Part shown: one piece after another, positions 26,034 to 34,134 of the stretch
Layout: each line of letters begins with the position of its first letter
Numbering within the stretch: position 1 is the first letter of the stretch
Made by a program: the position numbers and the translations under genes
IMG/VR virus record: IMGVR_UViG_2936390555_000003
Span: 1-64,000 of that record
Reading direction: 5' to 3' (one strand)
DNA: 64,000 bases
From: a virus
Lineage: Duplodnaviria; Heunggongvirae; Uroviricota; Caudoviricetes
Notes under the pieces: generated by a model
The model's input: only the letters and a program-made list of their open reading frames with translations
Told to the model about the DNA's origin: nothing
The model's database searches: none

Positions 26034-26258
26034 TTAGAATACGTCAACGATTAATACCGCTGACATAAACAAGAGCCCCATGATAAGCAACGCACTCGTT
26101 GCTATCCCAGTGTGTAACCCTAGAAGGATAACGCACCCCATGACCCCTAGAGCTATGTACTCCGCGAAATCATCGGGGTACTCTTCATATGCTGCACAGT
26201 AGGCAGCATAGAACGCAAGGGCAAGAATTGATATTATGAGAGTCCAGTCAATAAACAT
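26034..26258 (-). CDS. small membrane protein (74 aa, 2-3 TM)
   Basis: Hydrophobic segments IISILALAFYAAYCAAY, GVMGCVILLGLHTGIATSALLIMGLLFMSAVLIV. Confidence 0.5.
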   Translation of the reverse strand: MFIDWTLIISILALAFYAAYCAAYEEYPDDFAEYIALGVMGCVILLGLHTGIATSALLIMGLLFMSAVLIVDVF

Positions 26259-26584
26259 TAGAAATCCTCCTTTACAATGTCAACGCGGAGCACACGCTCC
26301 CATTTCTCAAACGGCATTTCCACAGAGCCATCGGGGAGAATAGTTCTCCCCATTTTCGCGGTAATCACAGGCTTATCCCCAGCAATCCGAAGGATGCCTG
26401 CAAGCAAATTCGGGGGAGCCACCACGGCAATAATGTCATGCGCCTCAATTTCCTGGGCTATATCCTGGGCGGACTGGATAGACTTGTTCACCTGGGTAAT
26501 ATCAACGTCACCCAGCTTATCCATGAGAGCCTGCATCTGTGCCACCTGCATGAGGTGGCGCGAAAACCATAATACTTTTGTCAT
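26258..26584 (-). CDS. hypothetical protein (108 aa; Rossmann-like pattern)
   Basis: Internal ATG (26584) with RBS GGGGAGAAAGTTGAGG. Confidence 0.5.
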   Translation of the reverse strand: MTKVLWFSRHLMQVAQMQALMDKLGDVDITQVNKSIQSAQDIAQEIEAHDIIAVVAPPNLLAGILRIAGDKPVITAKMGRTILPDGSVEMPFEKWERVLRVDIVKEDF

Positions 26585-26760
26585 AATGAACCTCAACTTT
26601 CTCCCCGTAACAAGTCGTACAAGTGTACTAAATCGAGCACACCGACATACCTTAAGCCGATAGGACAGCACAAAACTTATACTTGCTCATGCCAATTCAT
26701 GGGCAAAATAAAAGAGCCATACAAGTAAATCGCATGACTCCTCTGTTTGCCCATGACATA

Positions 26761-26964
26761 CTATAACCCCATCGCAAACTCTGTCAGCATGGCAATAATG
26801 GTAGCCTTGCTTGCACGGAATGGCAGGTGATACACAGGGAGCTGCCCTGCAACCGTGCCTCTACGATAGAATACATAGGTGGCTTGTGCCCCGCAACCGC
26901 GAAGCTCCACCTGATACCTCTTTATCTTAAGTATACTAGGCATAACTATTCCACTCCTTTGCAA
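26761..26964 (-). CDS. hypothetical small protein (67 aa), weak
   Basis: Only ORF in the minus-strand block that ends in TAG. No clear RBS. Confidence 0.3.
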   Translation of the reverse strand: MQRSGIVMPSILKIKRYQVELRGCGAQATYVFYRRGTVAGQLPVYHLPFRASKATIIAMLTEFAMGL

Positions 26965-26966
26965 TA

Positions 26967-27239
26967 TTAATTACCATACCTGGCTTCAAGCTGAAGACTG
27001 AGAAAAAGACGGATACGCCTTGGTACAGTAGGGTTGAGTATGGTTTCAACGAAATCAAGAATTACCTCGGCTTCCTTACGCTCCTTGCGATACAGTGGAC
27101 GCCGGTGCCCTTTGGTGCGCCCCTTAGTAAACCTACGTGGCTCAGTGAGCTTCCTGAGCAAACTAATGGCTTCCTGTGACTCAGGGCCACTAAAATGGTA
27201 CTCAACGAGAGTGCTTATGAGTAACTTTGTTTTGAGCAT
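26967..27239 (-). CDS. hypothetical basic protein (90 aa)
   Basis: Operon context. Arg/Lys-rich. Confidence 0.45.
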   Translation of the reverse strand: MLKTKLLISTLVEYHFSGPESQEAISLLRKLTEPRRFTKGRTKGHRRPLYRKERKEAEVILDFVETILNPTVPRRIRLFLSLQLEARYGN

Positions 27240-27245
27240 TGTTTT

Positions 27246-27629
27246 TCACCTCCTCCAGTAATTACGGTTCCAGGTGATGGCACCCCTGGCAACCTCGCCT
27301 ACACACAACTCGCCATAGGATGGCGTTTGCCCACCGCCTATGTAGTGCCTCTTATGGCTACGGTGGAGAAGCTTGTTTGTGTCGTATACCGCGACACCAT
27401 CGCTCCCCTTGTATTCCGGTGTACTCTTGATGGTAGCAGGGATAGGCGGCAACTCAAGGTTAATTCGCCCCTGAGTATCAATGAGCCACGATATATGCCG
27501 TTTGCCCCCACATGTAAACACGGCTATAGAGACGTTTTTCTCGTGGTCCCTATAGTGCTTGACGAACACGAGTGTGAACATGCCTTTTACAGTGAGCTTT
27601 TGCCCTGGCGTTAGGTCTTTGATATTCAT
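27246..27629 (-). CDS. hypothetical protein (127 aa)
   Basis: Internal ATG with RBS TGGAGGGCTACC (GGAGGG). Confidence 0.5.
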   Translation of the reverse strand: MNIKDLTPGQKLTVKGMFTLVFVKHYRDHEKNVSIAVFTCGGKRHISWLIDTQGRINLELPPIPATIKSTPEYKGSDGVAVYDTNKLLHRSHKRHYIGGGQTPSYGELCVGEVARGAITWNRNYWRR

Positions 27630-27715
27630 GGTAGCCCTCCAATTGCATAGTAAAAAAGCATAGTGTATAGTCACCATGCTTGTGAGACATAGTTTTGTGC
27701 GACACTATTTGCACG

Positions 27716-27750
27716 CATAAAAAAAGAGGCTAGGGAAAAATCCCTAGCAC
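27716..27750 (-). terminator. rho-independent terminator on the minus strand (CTAGGGA-TTTTT-TCCCTAG + U-rich tract)
   Basis: Hairpin 27731-27748. On the minus strand it is followed by CCTCTTTTTTTAT. Lies between the first and second genes of the minus-strand block. Confidence 0.45.
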
Positions 27751-27761
27751 TCTTGCAGGTA

Positions 27762-28201
27762 TCACAGACACAATTTATAAAAATAGCCGTCCTTGTCGTA
27801 CATAAAATTAGCACATGTGATAATATCTGCTTTCATAGTGTCGCCGTCAAACGTTGTAAAATCAACGGCATAACCACCAACCCCACTGCCTAGCGGATTA
27901 TGGGATATGGAAGCCCCATTTTTCGAGGCTTTCACATAAATTTTTTTAGCCGTATCACTATAAGCAATTTGTGTTTTAGTGATATAGCCTTGCATGGTGT
28001 ACGCTCTTACAATGTCAATATAAGTATTGGCAATAGTATTTTCTGTATACTCATTATCTTTAACAAGTATGCTGTCCTCGGGTATCTCGCCAAATTCCAT
28101 AGTCAACGCTGTTTTTGGAGCCCCCTGCATCTCATAGATACTATCTGTCAGCCTTGCCAACAATGCCTGTACATCTGCCACACTTGCCTTGCCTTTTGCC
28201 A
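27762..28201 (-). CDS. hypothetical protein (146 aa), first gene of the minus-strand block
   Basis: ATG (28201) with RBS GAAAGGTGG. Confidence 0.55.
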
Positions 28202-28708
28202 TGGTAAAGACCACCTTTCATTATATATAATTGTAAATGTGCTATCGCCCCTTGGCTTTTGCCTCAAGGCTTGCATATAAGGTATCATGAAATCCTATTT
28301 TCGCCTATGTATACATTAAAATATCGCTTTATAACCATAAAGCCAGGTATCAAGGATAGACCCCGGACCCCGTGCCACACAAGGGCTCCCAGGGTGCAAA
28401 AATTTTCACCAATGATAGCAAAAAAATTTATCTTCGCGCGGTATGACCCTCATATCCCGTGGCCACCAATTTTTCAAATGAAATCCCCCTCAAGCCCAGT
28501 AATATCAACGCTTCTCACTGTCATTCACCCACCGAAACACTATGTAATTCCCAGGCATCAAATGAAAAAACTCTGCTAACCCCAGTAATACCAAGGGGTG
28601 CAAGGCTCTGTACCAAAGCGAAACAATATTTTTATGGGACTAAAGTTTCATTTTTAAAAATTTGAAAATTTTTTTGGGAAACATGGAATATTATTGTGGG
28701 CTAAATAC

Positions 28709-29020
28709 ATTATATGTAGAACAGGTTTTTACGTTCTATCCTTTTCTCTTCTTTGTAAAGGAGCTGAGAAGGACATGGACTCATGAGGAAAACTTTGCGA
28801 ATCGTTAGTGTTGCATTTCCCAGTCTTTGACTTGCGACTCTTACTCATGTTGTTCATGGCTTTTTCAGAACTCGCCCATGAAGTACAGTGCAGCTTATGC
28901 TGTGAGATAGTAGTGGGAGCAACCCTATTAATCCGTCATTGGCATGGAGTGCTTCTTTAAAAGAGAAGAAAGTAGGGAATGAGGATACGACCGTCTGTGG
29001 GGGACTACAGGGGGTCAATG
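28709..29020 (+). ncRNA. candidate structured RNA / late-operon leader element, copy 1
   Basis: Shares with copy 2 (52813-53090) an ATTATATGTAGAAC box, a covarying closing helix (TTCTCTTCTTTG...AAAGAGAAGAAAG here; TTCTCTTTCTTTG...AAAGAGAAAGAAAG in copy 2), an exact 48-nt core (28871-28918) and a GGGGG-N5-GGGGG motif. Confidence 0.4.
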
Positions 29021-29500
29021 TTTAAACCATAGTTCTTATCATAGATATACATTGTATTACTATGATATATATGTATACTATGTATACAGTGTATTCGAGG
29101 GTAACTCATAACCTATGGTTCTTAACCATGGGACATCACCCCCTTGGGATAACGTTATTGTCCGATAGGACAATAAGTCACGAAGTGACTTTACCTTCTA
29201 TGGGATATATCGTACTAAGAATACGATAGTATTCCATGTAGCTCTATATGAACTATGGAGTTCCATAGAACATGAGTATATGATATACCATGAATAACTA
29301 TGACATACATGTATACTATGAATACCTTACTTACCTATAGATACTACATTGTATCTTTATGGAACTATATATTCTTTATAGTTCTATAGAAATGCAATGT
29401 ATATCATACATACAAATGTTTACAATTAATTACATTAAATTACAAACAATGTCATTAATTGTTTACATTGTTTACTATGTATTACATTGAATAACAATGT
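29021..29500. repeat. A+T-rich array of short palindromic/direct repeats (CATAG/CTATG, TTCTATAGAA, CTATGGAgTTCCATAG, TTACATTG)
   Basis: About 480 bp with dozens of CATAG-type motifs and several perfect palindromes. Directly upstream of the terS RBS. Confidence 0.6.
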
Positions 29501-29514
29501 AAAGGAGGTACATC

Positions 29515-30159
29515 ATGGCAAGAGGAAATCCAAATCCAAAACCATTAGCTCCAAGGAGGGGCAGTGCGACAAGTCCTCACATGGAAGCTCCAGGCAAGAG
29601 CATGATTCAGATATACAATCTGACTGGCATGGTAAGGGAAATGAGACTCAAAGGAAAAAGCTATAGAGCCATTGCTGATTACATTAATAGCAATAAGCTC
29701 ATACCAAATGGCTATGTCCTTTCTTATAACAGCGTGGTTCGCTGGTGTGCCAATAATGGCCTGGGCGGAACCATAGAAGCAACTTCTGATACTGAGGCCG
29801 TCAATACATACAATATCAATTGCAAGCTGTTAGCCATGTACCGCGAGGCACTTGATGGGTTGCAGCTCAGGCTCGATGAAGCCAATAGCAATCCTGGCGG
29901 TACAAAGATTTCTGAGTACAACAAGATTGTTGATGGCATAGCCAAGATGGGCTTTCAGATCCAGCAGCTCACAGCGAAAATCGGTGAGATGCAGGAGCAG
30001 GTCTATAGATATGAAACTGCTTCCAAGGTAATCGAAATCATCATGGCTAAAATAAGTGTCCTGCTTCCTCAAGAGGATTATGAGGAAATCAAGGCCAAGC
30101 TGAGGGACGACCCGATTCTCTGCGAGGCACTGAAGACAATCGCACCGAGCAACGTATGA
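29515..30159 (+). CDS. terS: terminase small subunit (HTH-containing), putative
   Basis: Strong RBS AAAGGAGGTACATC. HTH-like LKGKSYRAIADYINSN. Position immediately upstream of the terL region. No in-frame TAG. Confidence 0.55.
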   Translation: MARGNPNPKPLAPRRGSATSPHMEAPGKSMIQIYNLTGMVREMRLKGKSYRAIADYINSNKLIPNGYVLSYNSVVRWCANNGLGGTIEATSDTEAVNTYNINCKLLAMYREALDGLQLRLDEANSNPGGTKISEYNKIVDGIAKMGFQIQQLTAKIGEMQEQVYRYETASKVIEIIMAKISVLLPQEDYEEIKAKLRDDPILCEALKTIAPSNV

Positions 30160-30165
30160 GGAGGA

Positions 30166-30756
30166 ATGTGTATGCTATGGTTCATATTTTATCCGATGAA
30201 CCTGATGCTTTCCATATTGTGCTATCTCACAAATTGGTTGGCAGCGCTGTTCGCTGATGAGCGTGGTGAGCTTCATGGCTCATGGCTCTACTGGCAGACA
30301 TGGGATGATTCATTGGATGTGGAGTGGTTCGTGAAGGAAACTGTTCCCAAGATTTTCAGGTACGACTTTGACAAGCACTATGTCAGTACCAGGGAGGCTC
30401 CTGAGTACCTCAAGCACCTGGGCAGGGATAAAGGCGCTGTCAAATGCATTAATAATGAATTCACATTGAAGGAACGCATCCAGCGGTATTTCTGTCGAGT
30501 GCTTTGGCTGTACCGTAATAACGGTTATGGCTTTGCCTTCTACTGGTTTGGCAATGGGTGTGTTGGCAACCTGCTTGCAACCAGGAAATTCAAGTATGGT
30601 ACGCTGGTATACGATAGGTTCAATCCTATCTGGGGGCCATGGAAGCTGTCTGGCAAGATTGGCTGGTTTGAATTCCTTGCTGGCTGGAAACTTGCCACGG
30701 AATCCGGTGCCTTCAAATGGGCAATGATAACAGGAAGAATTTTGATTAGAAAGTAA
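30166..30756 (+). CDS. hypothetical Trp-rich membrane protein (196 aa)
   Basis: RBS GAGGAGGAATG. N-terminal hydrophobic segments. No in-frame TAG. Confidence 0.55.
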   Translation: MCMLWFIFYPMNLMLSILCYLTNWLAALFADERGELHGSWLYWQTWDDSLDVEWFVKETVPKIFRYDFDKHYVSTREAPEYLKHLGRDKGAVKCINNEFTLKERIQRYFCRVLWLYRNNGYGFAFYWFGNGCVGNLLATRKFKYGTLVYDRFNPIWGPWKLSGKIGWFEFLAGWKLATESGAFKWAMITGRILIRK

Positions 30757-30759
30757 GCT

Positions 30760-30781
30760 CTGCAAATGCAGGGCTTTTTCT
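30760..30781 (+). terminator. weak stem-loop (CTCTGCA-AAT-TGCAGGG) + CTTTTTC, possible attenuator before the tRNAs
   Basis: Short GC stem followed by a T-run. Immediately precedes the suppressor tRNA. Confidence 0.3.
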
Positions 30782-30783
30782 AT

Positions 30784-30871
30784 GGAGCCATGGCAGAGTG
30801 GTTTATTGCAGCGGTCTCTAAAACCGATGATGTTCACGCATCCGTAGGTTCAAATCCTACTGGCTCCGCCA
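30784..30871 (+). tRNA. amber-suppressor tRNA, serine type: tRNA-Ser(CUA), class II with 16-nt variable arm
   Basis: Cloverleaf: acceptor GGAGCCA/UGGCUCC; U8; D-stem GCAG/UUGC with G18G19; anticodon stem CGGU/ACCG; loop CUCUAAA (anticodon CUA at 30818-30820); variable arm UGAUGUUCACGCAUCC (GAUG/CAUC stem); T-arm GUAGG-UUCAAAU-CCUAC; discriminator G73; CCA encoded. SerRS identity elements present (G1-C72, G2-C71, A3-U70, C11-G24, long arm, G73). Anticodon loop equals bacterial tRNA-Ser(CGA) with G35 changed to U. Confidence 0.8.
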
Positions 30872-31032
30872 TAAGAACAATAAGCTGCCATGCATCCCCA
30901 TTGTCCGGGGAACCGCAAGCGCAGTACTAAAGCATAAGAGGGCATGTGAGTCATGAATCACGAATGGTAATCCATTCAGAGTATGGGTTGCAAAACGGCT
31001 ACATGAGGTTCGCCCTTACTCATGTATCACAT

Positions 31033-31107
31033 GGTTCGTTAGCTTAGTTGGTAGAGCATCTGACTTTTAATCAGAAGACCTGGGTTCAAATCCTAGACGA
31101 GCCACCA
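31033..31107 (+). tRNA. tRNA-Lys(UUU)
   Basis: Acceptor GGUUCGU/ACGAGCC; D-arm GCUU-AGUUGGUA-GAGC; anticodon stem UCUGA/UCAGA with loop CUUUUAA (anticodon UUU); T-arm CUGGG-UUCAAAU-CCUAG; discriminator A; CCA encoded. Confidence 0.8.
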
Positions 31108-31131
31108 TAAACATGCAAAAGGAGAATGACT

Positions 31132-31428
31132 ATGATTAATGCAAATGATTCTGTAAAACTCACTGGTTCTGTTGCCAGCACTGGCACCGGCTCCTTTACC
31201 GTGTCCGTAACCGAGTTTTTCGTTGATGGGGCATGGCACAAGCTGGAAACCCCTCGTGAGCTTGAGATTAACACGAGTGACTACACGAATGACTTTACAT
31301 CCCTGGAGCTCAAGTACATCAAGGAGAAGGCTGAGGCTGACAGCAAGTCTTCCACGCTCTGCGAAGATGACCTTGAGATTGTGAATTCCATTGTGAAGAA
31401 GTTTTCTTCCGCGGCTACTGACGCATGA
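31132..31428 (+). CDS. hypothetical protein (~98 aa)
   Basis: RBS AAAAGGAGAATGACT before ATG 31132 (second ATG of ORF 31126..31428). Confidence 0.55.
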   Translation: MINANDSVKLTGSVASTGTGSFTVSVTEFFVDGAWHKLETPRELEINTSDYTNDFTSLELKYIKEKAEADSKSSTLCEDDLEIVNSIVKKFSSAATDA

Positions 31429-31430
31429 GC

Positions 31431-31553
31431 ATGGAAGAAAAGAATCGCAGACCTCGCCATGTGAAAAAGGGCAAGGATCTGCGCAGACATGTGAAGGACA
31501 GGGATGACTACAGGGCAGCCAAGAAAGAAATATTTGAGCATAGAGCACGATGA
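31431..31553 (+). CDS. small basic protein (40 aa; MEEKNRRPRHVKKGKDLRRHVKDRDDYRAAKKEIFEHRAR), tentative
   Basis: ATG 3 nt after the upstream stop. Overlaps the next start (ATGAATG). Coordinates hand-derived. Confidence 0.3.
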   Translation: MEEKNRRPRHVKKGKDLRRHVKDRDDYRAAKKEIFEHRAR

Positions 31554-32506
31554 ATGACTTGGTTACAACGATAGACGATAGAGAAGCCGTGACATCCAGC
31601 CGTGTCGTGGCAACAGCCTTTGAAAAAAGGCATGACAATGTTTTGCGAGACATAAGGGGTCTCCTCAAAATTGAGGATACCCAAGGAATGTTCTACAAGA
31701 CTACATATATCAATAAGCAGAATGGACAGAAGTACACGGAGTACCTCATGAACCGCGATGGGTTTGCCATACTGGTCATGGGGTTCACGGGAGCTAAAGC
31801 CCTTGAGTGGAAAATGAAATTCCTGAATCAGTTCAACGCCATGGAATCCGTCATCAGACAGCACGGTCTCGAAGGGAAGGTGCAGAAGTCTCTTGATGCC
31901 ATATCTGACCTGCGAAAGCAATTGAAGGACTCAGGCATACTGAGGGAGTACATAGCTCCCCATCATTTCTTTGACCACCTGGCAGCTCGATGGAAGGAAG
32001 CAACGCACCGTGAGCGCATAAGGGACTTCTATGATGATATTGGTTCTTACGCTGGCGTGAATGTTCCTTATAGCAACATGATAAACATTACAGTCAAGGA
32101 TTGGCTGTTGAATCATGTTGGACTCAGTACCATTGAGGAGCTTGTGATTGGGCTGGAAACACATACGATTACATATTCTAACCGAGGCAAGCCAGTGTCA
32201 AAGCATGGTGTCTTCGGGAACAAAACTGAATGGACAAAGATTGTTAATGAGTTCGGCGGTCGATGTGCTTATTGCGGAGCTGAGGGAACGCCATTGATTG
32301 CCGAACATATCATTTCACAATCCGCGCTGTCCAAAGACCACCCTGAGAAAGTTGACTTGATAGGAAACATTATTCCTGCCTGTCAGCAATGCAACCGATA
32401 GAAATACACGACCGACTTTGAGAAATGGTTCCCAAAGCAGCCATTCTACTCAAAGGCACGGCACAAGAAGATAATAGAACACATGGAGAAGTATGAGGTG
32501 AAGTGA
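31550..32506 (+). CDS. Rha-family regulatory domain fused to HNH endonuclease; contains 1 in-frame TAG (32399-32401)
   Basis: N-terminal Rha motif TSSRVVATAFEKRHDNVLRDIRGLL. C-terminal HNH motif CAYCGAEGTPLIAEHIISQ...NIIPACQQCNR. The frame continues through TAG for 34 more codons to TGA 32504-32506. HNH next to terL is typical. Confidence 0.6.
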
Positions 32507-32507
32507 A

Positions 32508-34130
32508 TTGGCAGAGAACATCATGAGAGAAATCTTTGGCAACAAGCTTCGCAGGGATGCAGAAGTCGGCTCCATGAAAGACAAGTGCGCCCATGACTTC
32601 AAGCTGTTCTGCGAGTATTATCTGGCGGATAGCTTTGGATAGCCCTGGAGCCACAAGTTCCATGACTGGCTGATTGACAAGCTGGTGAGCATAACCTTTG
32701 ACCATAGGGATGATGAAACGAGAACAGTGGTAGCATCGCCTCGTGGTCATGCAAAGTCAACACTCATATCCTTTGGGTATGTACTTTGGCTGATAGTGTA
32801 TAACTACAAGAAGTTCATCGTTATTGTCTCGGCTACTGGCACGGTATCAAAGCAGTTCCTACTGAATATCAGGACAGCCCTTGAGACAAACCAGCGATTG
32901 CGACAGGATTTCGGTGACCTAACCAGCGATGACCTATGGAATAACACGGAGCTTCTTACGCAGAACAAAGTGTTTGTCACTGGTCGTTCGGCAGGACAGC
33001 AGATGCGAGGACTGAACTTTAATGGAACACGACCGGACATCGTTATCCTTGATGACTTGGAAACTCCTGAGCAGGTGGCAAGTCCTGCGCAAACACGTGA
33101 CCTTGAGAAATGGTTTAACTCAGATGTTCTTCCTATGGGCAGCATCAGTGCTGACTTCATTTACATTGGCACAGTGCTTTCATATGAAAGCCTTTTGTAC
33201 CACATGCTGACCAATGCTGGCTACAGCTCATGGACACGCAAGAGGTTTCAGGCGGTAATTGAATTTTCCAGGAGCCCATTGTGGGACGAATGGGAAACCA
33301 TCATTACAGACCTGGAGCGTGGCGACCATGCGTATGACGATGCGGTGGCATTTTACAATGAGCACAAGGAAGAAATGCTTGAGGGCACGGAAGTCCTCTG
33401 GCCAGACCAGCGACCTGATATGTACAGGTATCTCATGGAACGCAGGATAGCCGATGAGGAAAGCTTTGCCAGCGAGTACATGAATGACCCACAGACCGAG
33501 AACACAAGAGTCTTTAAGACCAAGTGGCTTGAGGATAACTATTATGTCGATGCGCCTGACATTCGGGAGATGTGCATTGCCATTGACCCGGCGGTATCAG
33601 CGAAGCGCAAGAATGACTATAGTGCCATTGTTGCTGTGGGGCGTGGCATGGATAACTACTTCTATGTACTGGAAGCCGATGTACAGAAGCGCACCCCTGA
33701 TAAGATTATTGAAGATGCCAAGGAGATAATCGCTAGGTACTACAAGTACAAGCCTAGCATTGTCGTGGAGACCAATCAGATGCAAGCATTCTTTAGCAGT
33801 ACCTTGAAGCGAGATATGGTTAATGCTGGAATATACCTTGACTGGATAGAAGTCTATCGTAAGTCAGGGGACAGCAAGAGCAGTCGTATAGAGAGTCTGG
33901 TACCGCACATAAAGAATGGTTACATAAAATTCAAGGCAAGTCAGAAGATATTGCTTTCACAGCTAAGGAATTATCCAAAGGGACATGATGATGCTCCCGA
34001 CTGCTTGGAGTCAGCGTTGGCTCCGATGCTGAGTACAAACAAAACATCGTTTGGCTTCAGTAGTGCAGGGGCATCTCCGAAGCACGGTGGAACTTTTGAC
34101 TTCCTCAAGAAAGCGATAGGAATGAGGTGA
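32508..34130 (+). CDS. terL: terminase large subunit; 1 in-frame TAG (32640-32642)
   Basis: RBS GAGGTGA before TTG 32508 (alternative ATG 32523). N-terminal segment MREIFGNKLRRDAEV...YYLADSFG-TAG-PWSHKFHDWLIDKL is continuous with ORF 32685..34130. Walker A ASPRGHAKST, Walker B DIVILDDLE. Nuclease domain in the C-terminus. Confidence 0.85.
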
Positions 34131-34134
34131 GAAA

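Noticed and set aside
28259-28579. 106-aa + strand ORF in the region between the accessory block and the structured element
   Set aside because: Pro-rich low-complexity translation and no RBS. The region more likely holds the promoter for the minus-strand block. Short CCCAGTAATA(T/C)CAA repeats were noted there but not interpreted.
29021-29500. CRISPR array or integron-like repeats in the CATAG-rich arrays
   Set aside because: Repeat units are under 20 bp, irregularly spaced and partly palindromic. There are no 25-40-bp direct repeats with unique spacers and no cas genes.
30872-31032. A third tRNA between tRNA-Ser(CUA) and tRNA-Lys
   Set aside because: No T-loop (GTTCRANYC) or acceptor-stem pairing was found by eye. 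Should be confirmed with tRNAscan-SE.
31093-31668. 191-aa minus-strand ORF spanning tRNA-Lys and several + strand gene starts
   Set aside because: It overlaps a tRNA gene and three RBS-supported + strand genes. Ser/Cys-rich low-complexity translation.
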